Origin: a virus
Lineage: Duplodnaviria; Caudoviricetes
DNA: 43,350 nucleotides
Direction: 5' to 3' (one strand)
IMG/VR virus record: IMGVR_UViG_3300025870_001501
Span: 1-43,350 of that record
Part shown: piece by piece, positions 9,497-19,317 of the stretch
Position numbering within the stretch: the stretch's first letter is position 1
Layout of the letters: the number at the start of each line of letters is the position of its first letter
The notes under the pieces: generated by a model
Told to the model about the DNA's origin: nothing
What the model saw: the letters and a program-made list of their open reading frames with translations, nothing else
Databases searched by the model: none
Made by a program: the position numbers and the translations under genes

Positions 9497-9623
9497 GTCT
9501 TTTGTAAACTGTTAGTAGATGATTTAAAACTCCTTCCCAATATGATTTAAACCAAGGATCCTGTGCTGAAAGCATAGAGTTTCTAGCATTACGAATCAGT
9601 CTTTCTTTACTGGGTTCAAACAT
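9489..9623 (-). CDS. hypothetical protein (44 aa, MFEPSKERL...)
   Basis: Read by hand; fills the operon gap exactly. Confidence 0.55.
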   Translation of the reverse strand: MFEPSKERLIRNARNSMLSAQDPWFKSYWEGVLNHLLTVYKRHD

Positions 9624-9624
9624 T

Positions 9625-9810
9625 TTACTGAGATTGTTCATCATTCACCTTTTCAATTTCACCTTTATCAGTTTCTTTTAGATAACCCATTGAAATCATC
9701 ATGTCTACTGCTCTTGCACTGGCTAACATTGTGCCTCGTTCTTTGCCTAGTTTAAAACTGATATAGATTATTGCACCAATACTCAGTCCAAATATTAAAA
9801 TTTCATTCAT
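9625..9810 (-). CDS. small membrane-anchored protein
   Basis: Start at MNEILIFGL via ATGA overlap; N-terminal TM helix. Confidence 0.6.
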   Translation of the reverse strand: MNEILIFGLSIGAIIYISFKLGKERGTMLASARAVDMMISMGYLKETDKGEIEKVNDEQSQ

Positions 9811-9947
9811 GACATTATCCACGGTCCGAACAGGATCAGTATCAACATGATGGGCACCACAATGGTCATGGGCCAAAAGTTCAACAACTCAATCCAATCC
9901 TTTTTGGTTAATTTGTATTCTTTTTGTTTTCTTTGTTTCTTAATCAT
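9807..9947 (-). CDS. small membrane protein (46 aa)
   Basis: Read by hand; ATGA overlaps at both ends; C-terminal TM helix. Confidence 0.6.
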   Translation of the reverse strand: MIKKQRKQKEYKLTKKDWIELLNFWPMTIVVPIMLILILFGPWIMS

Positions 9948-10117
9948 ACTATTCTAGTACCTTGAGTTAATTTTTTGATAGTATCTTCTATTTCATACAG
10001 TTGTTCGTCCAATTCAATAATCTTTTTTGTATTGGTTTCAAACTCTAATTGGTCTTTCACTGTTATTTTTTGACGTTCTAAATCAGCAACTTGTTCTTTG
10101 TTTGATTCTGTAAACAT
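9944..10117 (-). CDS. small coiled-coil protein (57 aa, MFTESNKEQ...)
   Basis: Read by hand; AAGGAGG RBS; strong promoter upstream. Confidence 0.65.
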   Translation of the reverse strand: MFTESNKEQVADLERQKITVKDQLEFETNTKKIIELDEQLYEIEDTIKKLTQGTRIV

Positions 10118-10138
10118 TTTTCCTCCTTAAGTTATCTT

Positions 10139-10168
10139 ATTATAACACATTTTGGTACCACCTGTCAA
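10139..10168 (-). promoter_or_regulatory. strong sigma70-type early promoter
   Basis: TTGACA-N18-TATAAT heading a run of tiny ORFs. Confidence 0.75.
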
Positions 10169-10199
10169 CTGCACAGAAACCGCAGTTTCATTGACTTTT

Positions 10200-10430
10200 C
10201 TACCAAGGCAGTTTCACAGTGTCCGAGTTGTTATAATAATCAGTTTCTTCTACAAATTTTGACCAACTGTATGGTTCGTTTGGAAAAAATTTAATCTGTT
10301 CTCCACACACAAAACAAACATCGTGTGCTCTGTAACCAGGAGCCTTGGCACCTTTTTGCCATTCTCCCATTGTGGCCGAACAGCCTTGAAGCAACGTCAG
10401 TAAAATAATTGTTGACAATATTCTATTCAT
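10200..10430 (-). CDS. putative lipoprotein with CxxC
   Basis: LQGC lipobox; CFVC motif. Confidence 0.65.
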   Translation of the reverse strand: MNRILSTIILLTLLQGCSATMGEWQKGAKAPGYRAHDVCFVCGEQIKFFPNEPYSWSKFVEETDYYNNSDTVKLPW

Positions 10431-10512
10431 ACTTTATATTACAATAAAACAACCGAAATGTCAATGGTTATAAAGTGCTAGTTTTATTGGCTTTTCATAA
10501 ATATAGATTGAA

Positions 10513-10972
10513 TATGACAAAACTATTAGAACACAAACACATTATAATAAGAGCAGAAGCAAACAATCCTCCTAAGGATGAAACATTTGCTATCAATTCA
10601 CTTGCTAATTTAATCGAACGCATTGATATGAAACTGTTGATGGGTCCGTTTGCCAAGTATGTTGAAATGGAAGGCAACCGAGGATTAACTGTTGCCGCAA
10701 TTATAGAAACCAGTCACATTGTATTACATAGTTGGGACGAACCATCGCCTGCTATCATACAACTTGATGTGTACACTTGTGGAGCATTTGATCCCAACAC
10801 AGTGTTTGAATGGTTACAACAGTTTGATATAGGTAAAGTAGATTGGAAATATATCGATAGAGAACACGGTTTACAAGAACTAGATTACACCCCTCCAGCA
10901 AGACCCTTGCCAACACACAATTACACAACCACAGAAATTGTTGAAGCAATGGACAGCATACTTTCTAGATAA
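10513..10972 (+). CDS. speD: S-adenosylmethionine decarboxylase proenzyme
   Basis: GLTVAAIIETSHIVLHSW...QLDVYTCG, pyruvoyl self-cleavage family motif. Confidence 0.85.
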
Positions 10973-10993
10973 ATATGTTTATCACACAACCTA

Positions 10994-11215
10994 ATGGAGG
11001 TGAGCATGAAGTTACGATCCATTCAGATAAATCTAGCACTAGGTCAACAGATTCTAGTTGGTCACAAGGAAGAAAAAGCAACCATCACAAAAATAGAACA
11101 TTTTGAAAAGTCTGGAGATGTGGTTATAAAGACCACTAGAGGCACTAGGAAGGCACTCACTTTTAAGATGTTACCAGAGGTTCAGGCGGGCAATTCAGCA
11201 GACAAATATCGCTAA
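10994..11215 (+). CDS. hypothetical protein
   Basis: TAAATA upstream; GGAGG before second Met. Confidence 0.65.
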   Translation: MEVSMKLRSIQINLALGQQILVGHKEEKATITKIEHFEKSGDVVIKTTRGTRKALTFKMLPEVQAGNSADKYR

Positions 11216-11223
11216 ATATTTTT

Positions 11224-11460
11224 ATGAAAGTACAAGAAGTAATAATATCCGAAGCAGGGCCTGCCAGTAAAGCATTGTGTAGAAGCAAAAAACCTGATCA
11301 TGCACTGGGTGCCAGTCAGTTGGCAAGTTGTAAAAGTCAAGGTTACAGAAAACGTTCAGGAAAAAAATCTTACAAGATTGGCAAGAAGAGAGTTTATGTT
11401 TCTGGAAAGAAGATTAAAGGCGAGCCATACGGCGGACCATTACCATTGTATAGTAAATGA
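11224..11460 (+). CDS. small basic putative head-internal protein
   Basis: MKVQEVIISE N-terminus; Lys/Arg-rich; TAAATA-N5-ATG. Confidence 0.65.
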   Translation: MKVQEVIISEAGPASKALCRSKKPDHALGASQLASCKSQGYRKRSGKKSYKIGKKRVYVSGKKIKGEPYGGPLPLYSK

Positions 11461-12011
11461 GAACATCGATAACAGGATCTAAATGGCAAAATAAGATACT
11501 AATCTCTACTCCCAAAATGGGACAGGATAGTACATTTGCAAGAAGTGTAGTATTTGTGTATGAAGAGTCTCCGCAACATGTGGCAGGACTTGTTATTAAT
11601 AAACCCACAAGAACAAAATTAAAAAAGATATTAGAATCTAAAGGATTTGCAACAGTTGACATGAAGGACCTAGTTTACCAAGGTGGACCAGTAAACCAAG
11701 AAAGTATTTTATTACTACACACAGACGAATGGAGTTGTAAGAACACTCTTAAATTGGGTAACGGATTCAGTTTAACAAGTGATGCTCAGATGTTAAAAAA
11801 ATTACACGAAGAAGATTCACCAGACGAATGGAGATGTTTTAGTGGATTAAGTGTGTGGTCACCAGGACAATTAGAAGGAGAAATCAACAGCAAGTGTTGG
11901 TTGACTGCAGAACCATCAGAAGAATTGCTTTTAAACACTCCTATTGAACAGATTTATGAAAAAGCAATTAAAATCTGCTCACAACAAACATTCAACAAAT
12001 ACATAGATTAA
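11457..12011 (+). CDS. YqgE/AlgH family protein (DUF179)
   Basis: LISTPKM-D-FARSVV, GLVINKP, YQGGPV, WSPGQLEGEI. Confidence 0.9.
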   Translation: MRTSITGSKWQNKILISTPKMGQDSTFARSVVFVYEESPQHVAGLVINKPTRTKLKKILESKGFATVDMKDLVYQGGPVNQESILLLHTDEWSCKNTLKLGNGFSLTSDAQMLKKLHEEDSPDEWRCFSGLSVWSPGQLEGEINSKCWLTAEPSEELLLNTPIEQIYEKAIKICSQQTFNKYID

Positions 12012-12036
12012 ACTGAGTAGTTAACTAAATACTGAT

Positions 12037-13215
12037 ATGCTTTCAGTTAATCCTTTTCAGGACATCATCAACAATCTCAAAGAGTCTGGAAATTACAGAG
12101 TTTTCAATGACATTCTTCGTGAGAGAGGTGAATACCCAAATGCTATATGGTATGGCAAATACAATATTAAAAATATTGTGAATTGGTGTTCAAATGATTA
12201 CCTAGGTATGGGTCAACATAAGGTGGTTCTAGATGCTATGCATACTGCATTGGATCAAACAGGTGCAGGCTCTGGTGGGACTAGGAACATAGGTGGAACC
12301 AGTCACTACCATGTAGCACTTGAAATTGAATTGGCTAAACTGCACAGCACTGAGTCGGCATTACTTTACAGTTCTGCCTACGTTGCAAACGAATGGAGTC
12401 TAATTGCATTAAAACGCATCATTCCTGATATTGTGTTTATTAGTGACAGCAAGAATCATGCTTCATTAATACAAGGTATCAGACATAGTGGTGCTGAGAA
12501 ACATATTTTCAAACACAATGATCTCGAGCAATTGGAATCTATACTCAAAACTTGTAAAGGCACACCTTGTATTGTCTTTGAATCTGTGTATAGCATGGAT
12601 GGGTTCATGAGTAAAATTACGGAAATCTGTGACCTAGCAGAAAAGTATGGTGCTATCACATATCTTGATGAGGTTCACGCAGTCGGCTTGTATGGAAATA
12701 AAGGCGGAGGTGTTACTCAAAAATTAGATCTACAAGATCGAATAGATATTTTGAATGGTACACTTGGTAAAGCCTTTGGCACACAGGGAGGTTACATCGT
12801 TGGTAAGTCTATTGTTTTAGACGCAATACGTTCTGTTGCCTCGGGCTTTATCTTTACAACTTCAATGAGTCCTGTGATTTGTGCAGGTGCATTGGCAAGT
12901 GTCAAGTATGTTGCAGACAACAACGACTTAAGAATAAAACATCAAGAAAGAGCAAACAGACTTAAAGAAATTTTTCGACAGAAAAACATTCCAATGATTG
13001 AAAACGAAACTCACATAGTTCCGGTTCATGTTGGAGAGGCTAAGAAGTGTAAAGCAATCAGCGATACACTGATAAATGAATATGGAATATATTGTCAAGC
13101 AATAAATTATCCAACAGTTGAAGTAGGCACAGAGCGACTACGTTTTGCACCGACACCGTTCCATACAGATGCAATGATGCATGATTTAAGAGACGCTCTA
13201 GAAAAGGTACTATAA
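12037..13215 (+). CDS. hemA: 5-aminolevulinate synthase
   Basis: [42 protein letters not shown] (PLP Lys), FIFTTS. Confidence 0.96.
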   Translation: MLSVNPFQDIINNLKESGNYRVFNDILRERGEYPNAIWYGKYNIKNIVNWCSNDYLGMGQHKVVLDAMHTALDQTGAGSGGTRNIGGTSHYHVALEIELAKLHSTESALLYSSAYVANEWSLIALKRIIPDIVFISDSKNHASLIQGIRHSGAEKHIFKHNDLEQLESILKTCKGTPCIVFESVYSMDGFMSKITEICDLAEKYGAITYLDEVHAVGLYGNKGGGVTQKLDLQDRIDILNGTLGKAFGTQGGYIVGKSIVLDAIRSVASGFIFTTSMSPVICAGALASVKYVADNNDLRIKHQERANRLKEIFRQKNIPMIENETHIVPVHVGEAKKCKAISDTLINEYGIYCQAINYPTVEVGTERLRFAPTPFHTDAMMHDLRDALEKVL

Positions 13216-13634
13216 TGAATAAGATAAAAAAATATTTGTATCAAGCATTGGGATTTCTATGTGTGGGTATTGCCTACATAGGTTTTGTTACTCCAGGAAT
13301 ACCATTCTCGATATTTTTAGTGGTTGCCGCTTGGGCATTTGCAAAGAGTTCACCTAAGATGGAGGCTTGGTTGTATAACCATCCATGGTTTGGTAAATTC
13401 TTAACCAACTGGACAAAGAAAAGAGTATTTCCTATAAAAGGAAAATACGCAATGATATTAGTAATGAGTTCCACTTTAGCATTTACTTGGTATTTCACAG
13501 GTAATATGAAAGCAGTATTATGGTCAGGCATATCCATGGCACTAGTGGCTGTTTGGGCATGGCGTTATCCTTCTACTGTAGAAGAACACAATGCCAGAGT
13601 GAAAGCAGGCAAGAAGATTGGTTGGCTAAAATAA
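13215..13634 (+). CDS. ybaN: YbaN/DUF454 inner-membrane protein
   Basis: IGFVTPGIP...FAKSSP...WLYNHPWFG; TAATG-coupled to hemA. Confidence 0.85.
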   Translation: MNKIKKYLYQALGFLCVGIAYIGFVTPGIPFSIFLVVAAWAFAKSSPKMEAWLYNHPWFGKFLTNWTKKRVFPIKGKYAMILVMSSTLAFTWYFTGNMKAVLWSGISMALVAVWAWRYPSTVEEHNARVKAGKKIGWLK

Positions 13635-13637
13635 TAT

Positions 13638-14213
13638 GTGTTTAAAAGAATAGAAAACGTATTATCAGAAGCAGACTACAATCAATTACACGATACATTA
13701 TCATCGTTCCAATTTGACTGGCACTACTTGCCATCGTCTGTTCCACCAGATGTAATAGATGTTGTAAGTAAATCAAACTCATTTAACTTATACGAGCCTG
13801 GACAATTTGTTCACATGTTCTACGATCAAAAACCGTTGAGTCCTTATTGGAAGTTGGTCGAACCTATTTTGAAATCACTAGATAAACCGGTGGTAGAGAT
13901 GGGCAGAATCAAAGCCAATTTATTGATGCAGAATAACAGCGATAATCATGCTGTGAATTGTCCACATGTGGATAGAGATCGAGAAGGTTGGCACAGTTTA
14001 ATATATTATCTTAACGACTCCGATGGTGACACTGTATTGTTCGATAAAAAAGGCAACAGCGGATGGGATAATTTACAAGTTCAAGACACAGTAACACCTA
14101 AGAAAAATACTGCTGTGCTGTTTGAAAGCGATCAGTATCATGCTGGAACGAATCCTGTTGACAACCCTAGACGAATTGTGTTAAACTTTATTTTAAAATT
14201 TAAAAATGACTGA
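13638..14213 (+). CDS. 2OG-Fe(II) oxygenase
   Basis: PHVD...YYLNDSDGDT...HAG...RRIVLNF. Confidence 0.85.
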   Translation: MFKRIENVLSEADYNQLHDTLSSFQFDWHYLPSSVPPDVIDVVSKSNSFNLYEPGQFVHMFYDQKPLSPYWKLVEPILKSLDKPVVEMGRIKANLLMQNNSDNHAVNCPHVDRDREGWHSLIYYLNDSDGDTVLFDKKGNSGWDNLQVQDTVTPKKNTAVLFESDQYHAGTNPVDNPRRIVLNFILKFKND

Positions 14214-14868
14214 TAAGAACTTTAATATGATTCCGTTGTTTGGTATACCTTTGTATCAAACTGTGATAGAACCTGGTGTTAGCGAAGAAGAATTAAAATT
14301 TATCAAAGAACAAAAGTACGAAAGATTTGCCGCAGACAACGGATTTGGTTCTGTGGATAAATTTTTGTTAGACAATCTAGAATTAAAACAGTTAAAACAA
14401 AAACTTTTACATAAATGTGAACACTACATTCACGAAGTGTTAGACATTGATGAATCTAAAGCAAAGTTTGACATCACAAATAGTTGGAGTGTGAAACATA
14501 TTAAAGGTGATGAAAGCGATGCTCACACTCATGCAGGTAGTATGTTCAGTGCTGTTTACTATCTTCAAACAGAACAAGACAGTGGAGAAATTGTTTTTCA
14601 TAAAGAAAAAACAAACTACAATGTCTTGACACCAACGGTGAATGTGCCATACAAAAATAAAAACTTTAATATCTGTAACTCAGACGTATTTGCTATGCCT
14701 CCTCAAAATAATATGATGGTAGTTTTTCCTTCAACATTACCACACAGTGTTGAGCCTAGTAAAAGTAACACAGAACGATTTTGTATTGCTTTTAATCTAT
14801 TTGCTTTTGGCAAATTTGATCAAGGAGGAAGATCTCAATTAGGTTTACTCAACATTACAAAAACATAA
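14206..14868 (+). CDS. putative 2OG-Fe(II) oxygenase (TIGR02466-like)
   Basis: HTH...FSAVYYL...VFPSTLPHSV...RFCIAFN. Confidence 0.85.
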   Translation: MTDKNFNMIPLFGIPLYQTVIEPGVSEEELKFIKEQKYERFAADNGFGSVDKFLLDNLELKQLKQKLLHKCEHYIHEVLDIDESKAKFDITNSWSVKHIKGDESDAHTHAGSMFSAVYYLQTEQDSGEIVFHKEKTNYNVLTPTVNVPYKNKNFNICNSDVFAMPPQNNMMVVFPSTLPHSVEPSKSNTERFCIAFNLFAFGKFDQGGRSQLGLLNITKT

Positions 14869-14876
14869 ATATTAGC

Positions 14877-15104
14877 ATGGATGATCGTATGCACATGGAA
14901 GAAATTAACCTAGTCGATTTATACCAAGAAGAAATTGATTTTCTTAATCAACAAAACAAATCGTTAGAAAAATCTACAGATCCTATAGACCAAAGACAGT
15001 GCTGGAAAAACGAAATTGTGATTCAATATTTCAAAAGAAGAATTGATGAAGAATTAGATATACAAGGTCAATTCAGAGCTCAATTGCCTAAAACTTTACA
15101 TTAA
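14877..15104 (+). CDS. hypothetical protein
   Basis: TAAATA-N5-ATG. Confidence 0.65.
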   Translation: MDDRMHMEEINLVDLYQEEIDFLNQQNKSLEKSTDPIDQRQCWKNEIVIQYFKRRIDEELDIQGQFRAQLPKTLH

Positions 15105-15511
15105 TTGCAACTGCTGATAACTTTAAGATACATGGAATCGTATTCCCAGTTAACACCGTGAACTTCCAATAGATATTTTTTTTGAAGTGGATATATTTCT
15201 GCTTCAGATTGTGCCATACAATCAAACTTGGTGCCCACAGCATCATTCAAGTCGTGTACATAATGCATTAACTCATGCATCAATACACCTTTGTCAAACA
15301 CATTGAACATATTAAAAGTGTCTTTAAGATATATGGTGTCTGTGCTAGGATCATACAAAGCATGGATCTCACCGTCTGGTACGACATCACCAAAGTGCAT
15401 TTGATTTAAACTGCTTTGACTCACCATCTTTATTGCCGGATGTGGAATCAGAGTGTTGTAATCTGTTTCTGCACCAATCCACAATAATATAAAAGCAACC
15501 AATGTTTTCAT
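15101..15511 (-). CDS. HEXXH zinc-metallopeptidase-like protein (DUF6647-like)
   Basis: ALYD...TIYL...VLMHELMHYVH...EAEIY; start reassigned by TAAATA-N5-ATG. Confidence 0.7.
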   Translation of the reverse strand: MKTLVAFILLWIGAETDYNTLIPHPAIKMVSQSSLNQMHFGDVVPDGEIHALYDPSTDTIYLKDTFNMFNVFDKGVLMHELMHYVHDLNDAVGTKFDCMAQSEAEIYPLQKKYLLEVHGVNWEYDSMYLKVISSCN

Positions 15512-15644
15512 GCAAATATTTAAAATAAACAAGGTGTTTATTTTAGTGTCTTTTAAGTTATGTGAGTAGTTAATACTTAATAGTATCTGATTATAATAAC
15601 AGCATACTTTATTAAATATTAGTATATTAAAAGAGGGCAACTAC

Positions 15645-18600
15645 ATGGCAATTTTTACAGATCCGTTAGCAATTGGAAAAGTTACCACAGCCGAACAACC
15701 GTTCACAATTCAACGTGGTAATGAAACGATAGAATTAAGCGAAGGTGATTTCATCTATCTAGATGACATGATCAGTGCTGGCGGAACTGCTGTGGGTATT
15801 GCTTTCGCAGACGAAACCACAATGTCTGTTGATCCAAACAGCACCATGACAATAGATGATTTTGTGTACGATCCCGAAAACCCCACTGTGGGATCCATGA
15901 ATGCCAATGTATTAGAAGGTAACTTTTCTTTTGTTTCAGGACAGATCGCCAAGACAGGTAACGATGCTATGAAAGTCACAACACCTGTGTTGACAATAGG
16001 TGTTAGAGGTACACAGGTTGCGGGTAAAGCCAACACAGAAGGCGAAGACAACGAGATAGTACTACTGCCCAACAGTGATGGTTCAGTTGGACAAATTTTA
16101 ATTGCCAACCAATCAGGCGAAGTGCTACTGACAAAACCATACGAGGCCACTATTATTGCAAACGCATATGTACCACCAACAGTTCCTGTGATCCTGCCAA
16201 AGGCAGAAGTGCTCAAGAAATTTGCTAAAACTATCTCCACAACACGTAAGACGGAAGCCAAAGCGGAAGTGGAAAGAGAGACAGAGGAAGCCACTAAAGA
16301 AAAAGCAGAAGCAGAAAAAGAAGGCGAGGAACTGGAAGAAGAGAAAGAACAACTAGAAGAAGAAAAAGAACAACTGGAAGAGGAAGCCGAGGAACTTGAA
16401 GAAAAATCTGAGGAACTGGAAGAGGAGGCGGAAGAACTTGACGAGGAGGCCGGAGAGCTGGAAGAAAAAGAAGAAAAGGTTCTAGAAGAAAAAGAAGAAA
16501 AACAAAAAGCCAAAGAACAAAAAGAGAAGGAAATTGAAGAACTAGAAGAACAACTGGAAGACATTCCTGTCGAGGAAAGAGAAATGATCGAACAGGAACT
16601 GCAACAGTTGGAAGAAGAATTTCAAGAGATCGAGGAAGAGGTACAACAGATCGAACAAGAGATCGAAGTGATCGCCCAGGAGAAAGCAGTTGTGGAACAA
16701 AAAGTTCAAGAGATAGAAAAAGAATTTGCTGAAATCAAAGAGGATTTTGCAGACATAGAAGCCAAAGTAGAGTTTGTAGAAAAAGAAGTGCTACAGGTTA
16801 TCGAAAAGGAACTAGTGATTGAGCAAAGAGTTCTGGCTGTGGAACAAAGATTCGAAGCCATCGTACAAAACTTTGAAAAATTCCAAGAGGAATTCGTACA
16901 AGAGTTTGAAGAATTTATACCAGTGGAAGAAATGCAACAGTTCAAAGAAGAAGCACCACAAGAAATGATGCGTGATGTACAAGAGAACGTCATGGAAGAA
17001 TTTAATGAAGTGGTGGAAGCACCACAAGAGATCATAGAAGAGGAACCCAAAGATATCTTTGCTGAGGAGAACGTGGAAGAGCAGATGCAGGAGATGGAAA
17101 ACAACGAAGAATTCCAGGAATTTGAAAAGATGATGGAAGAAGAAATGGCACCAGAGGGATTCAATGAGGACAATGACGTGTTCAACGTTGCTGAAGAAAA
17201 TCAAGTGGATGATCAAGCAGTGGAACAGTTTATACAGGAAGAAAAACAAAAAGCATTAGCAGAAGCCCCCATAGCACAAGAGATAGACAACTTCTTACAG
17301 GAGATAGATCCTGACAATGAAATGATTGACCAACAGGTCCAGGACATGATTGTGATAGAATCCCAGCACATAGATGAATGGTTTGATGGTGCTGGTGCAG
17401 GCATCAACAGTGTTGAGGATTTTTACGCCCTAGAGGAAAACGATTATTGGGATGTCATAGACAACAACGAGGATGCCTATAACGATTCCATGGAGGCAGA
17501 TTACATCATGGATCAGTTCATATACGAAATGGCAGAGGAACAAAACATCAACGTGGCTCCTTGGTTGGACATGCCAGCCGCAGTCACAGGTAATGAGAAC
17601 ACAGCAGTTGGCACAACACTGGGTTACGTGTATGGTTCAGATGCCAATGGCGATCAATTGACTTATTCTATATTTGATGATCCATCAGGCAACATTGGCA
17701 TAGACGGCAACAGGTTGTACCTGGCCAATGCTTTGAGTGTCACTGAAGATGTCACATTCAATGTGCTTTTGAAAGTGCAGGATCCATACGGAGCATCAGA
17801 CATAGACTCATGGCAAGTGACTGTGGAGAACAATCACTCACCTGTGATATCCAACACCAGTGCTGTGTCATTGGCAGAGGATGTCAGTACAGGCACATCA
17901 GTGGCAACAATATCTGCCTCGGATGCAGAGAGTGAAGCAATCACATATTCAATCACGGCAGGTAACACAGGCAACGCATTCACAATCAACTCCAGCACAG
18001 GTGCAATCACCACAGCGGCGGCACTGGACTATGAGACCACAACCAGTTACAGTTTGACAATCACAGCCACAGACGCATTTGGCAACGTGACCACTACCAC
18101 GCAGACTGTGAACGTCACAGACGTCAGCGAGGGTGCCAGCATACACGAAAACATATTGGACTTTGAAGACGTACACTCCGGCAACGACGGTGGCGAGATA
18201 GCCTACAAACTGAACGTGGGTTACTACGACATGGTCTCAGGTCAAGGTGACACAACCAATCAGGCGAGGATCATTGAGAACACAGGACACACAGCAACCA
18301 ACCTGACCAATGTTCGAACTTCCGATCTTTCGAACATAGACATCCTTTATGCACACAACGGAAGCAACAGTTCCTATTCCTCTGAATGGTTCACAGGCAC
18401 TGGTCAGTCAAGTGATAGTGCGGCAAGTAGTTCCAGCAGTGCCATATGGAGTTGGGTCAACGATGGTGGTATACTTTTGGTACAGGACAGACACGTGACA
18501 AACGCAAACGCGATGTTGTTGGGTGAGTCAGCCACAATCACAAAAAAACTTGGTTCTGGCCTAAACGATGACACAGACTTCAGGACGGAACTGAACGACA

Positions 18601-19304
18601 CCCTATTGTACAACGGTGCGGCGGGCACACTGACCAACAACACCCTGGACGGTGGTGACCACACTGACCACGGCCACATCACCAACCTGGGCACAGGCGA
18701 GGTGGGCATAGGACACAGGGGATCAAACAACGCCACTCCAAACGGTGAGAGTTACAACAACGCATTTGCCTACAAGTACGGTTCGGGACTGGTGTACTAC
18801 GACACATATCCCATGGACCTCTGGGACGCATACGGTGTCAACGATACATACACTGCCAACAGCCAATTAAAAACAGGTGGTGCACAGACCTACAACGAGA
18901 ATCTCATACAGTGGGCGGCGTCGCTGTACTATGACGGGGCATCACAGATCAACGGTACCAGCAGTTCTGAAACCATATTTGGAACCATGGGTGATGACAC
19001 AATATTCAGCAAGGACGGCGCAGACGAACTGTGGGGCGGTGCGGGTGCGGACACCTACATATACAAACAGGTTTACCAGTCAGATCCAGGTGGTGACGGA
19101 CAGCAAAACGACACTATTATAGATTTCAATTACAGCGAGGACAGGATTGACATCAGTGCTATAACGAATGGTGCAAGTATTTCAAGGACCTTAGTCAACA
19201 ACACACTGTTCAAAATAGACACCGACAACAACGGCAGTTATGACATGCAATGGGATCTGGACGGCTACACAGGCACAGCAGACCAAGTAACTGTGGTAAC
19301 ATAA
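15645..19304 (+). CDS. giant T1SS-type substrate/adhesin: FecR domain, Glu-rich coiled-coil stalk, cadherin repeats, RTX/T1SS C-terminal signal
   Basis: FecR motifs (FADETTMSV, TPVLTIGVRGT); LDYETTTSYSLTITATD cadherin; GADELWGGAGADTY RTX nonapeptides; DTIIDFN...DRIDIS export signal; no signal peptide. Confidence 0.85.
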   Translation: MAIFTDPLAIGKVTTAEQPFTIQRGNETIELSEGDFIYLDDMISAGGTAVGIAFADETTMSVDPNSTMTIDDFVYDPENPTVGSMNANVLEGNFSFVSGQIAKTGNDAMKVTTPVLTIGVRGTQVAGKANTEGEDNEIVLLPNSDGSVGQILIANQSGEVLLTKPYEATIIANAYVPPTVPVILPKAEVLKKFAKTISTTRKTEAKAEVERETEEATKEKAEAEKEGEELEEEKEQLEEEKEQLEEEAEELEEKSEELEEEAEELDEEAGELEEKEEKVLEEKEEKQKAKEQKEKEIEELEEQLEDIPVEEREMIEQELQQLEEEFQEIEEEVQQIEQEIEVIAQEKAVVEQKVQEIEKEFAEIKEDFADIEAKVEFVEKEVLQVIEKELVIEQRVLAVEQRFEAIVQNFEKFQEEFVQEFEEFIPVEEMQQFKEEAPQEMMRDVQENVMEEFNEVVEAPQEIIEEEPKDIFAEENVEEQMQEMENNEEFQEFEKMMEEEMAPEGFNEDNDVFNVAEENQVDDQAVEQFIQEEKQKALAEAPIAQEIDNFLQEIDPDNEMIDQQVQDMIVIESQHIDEWFDGAGAGINSVEDFYALEENDYWDVIDNNEDAYNDSMEADYIMDQFIYEMAEEQNINVAPWLDMPAAVTGNENTAVGTTLGYVYGSDANGDQLTYSIFDDPSGNIGIDGNRLYLANALSVTEDVTFNVLLKVQDPYGASDIDSWQVTVENNHSPVISNTSAVSLAEDVSTGTSVATISASDAESEAITYSITAGNTGNAFTINSSTGAITTAAALDYETTTSYSLTITATDAFGNVTTTTQTVNVTDVSEGASIHENILDFEDVHSGNDGGEIAYKLNVGYYDMVSGQGDTTNQARIIENTGHTATNLTNVRTSDLSNIDILYAHNGSNSSYSSEWFTGTGQSSDSAASSSSSAIWSWVNDGGILLVQDRHVTNANAMLLGESATITKKLGSGLNDDTDFRTELNDTLLYNGAAGTLTNNTLDGGDHTDHGHITNLGTGEVGIGHRGSNNATPNGESYNNAFAYKYGSGLVYYDTYPMDLWDAYGVNDTYTANSQLKTGGAQTYNENLIQWAASLYYDGASQINGTSSSETIFGTMGDDTIFSKDGADELWGGAGADTYIYKQVYQSDPGGDGQQNDTIIDFNYSEDRIDISAITNGASISRTLVNNTLFKIDTDNNGSYDMQWDLDGYTGTADQVTVVT
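16325..16480 (+). repeat. degenerate 21-bp tandem repeat (E-L-E-E-E-x-E heptads)
   Basis: About 7 copies of a GAACTGGAAGARGAR-type unit. Confidence 0.75.
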
Positions 19305-19317
19305 ATATAGGTATATA

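Noticed and set aside
16325-16480. CRISPR-like periodicity
   Set aside because: In-frame degenerate heptads without unique spacers; no CRISPR array or cas gene seen in the window
15755-17407. Ser/Phe-rich minus-strand ORFs
   Set aside because: Mirror of the GAA-rich stalk coding sequence
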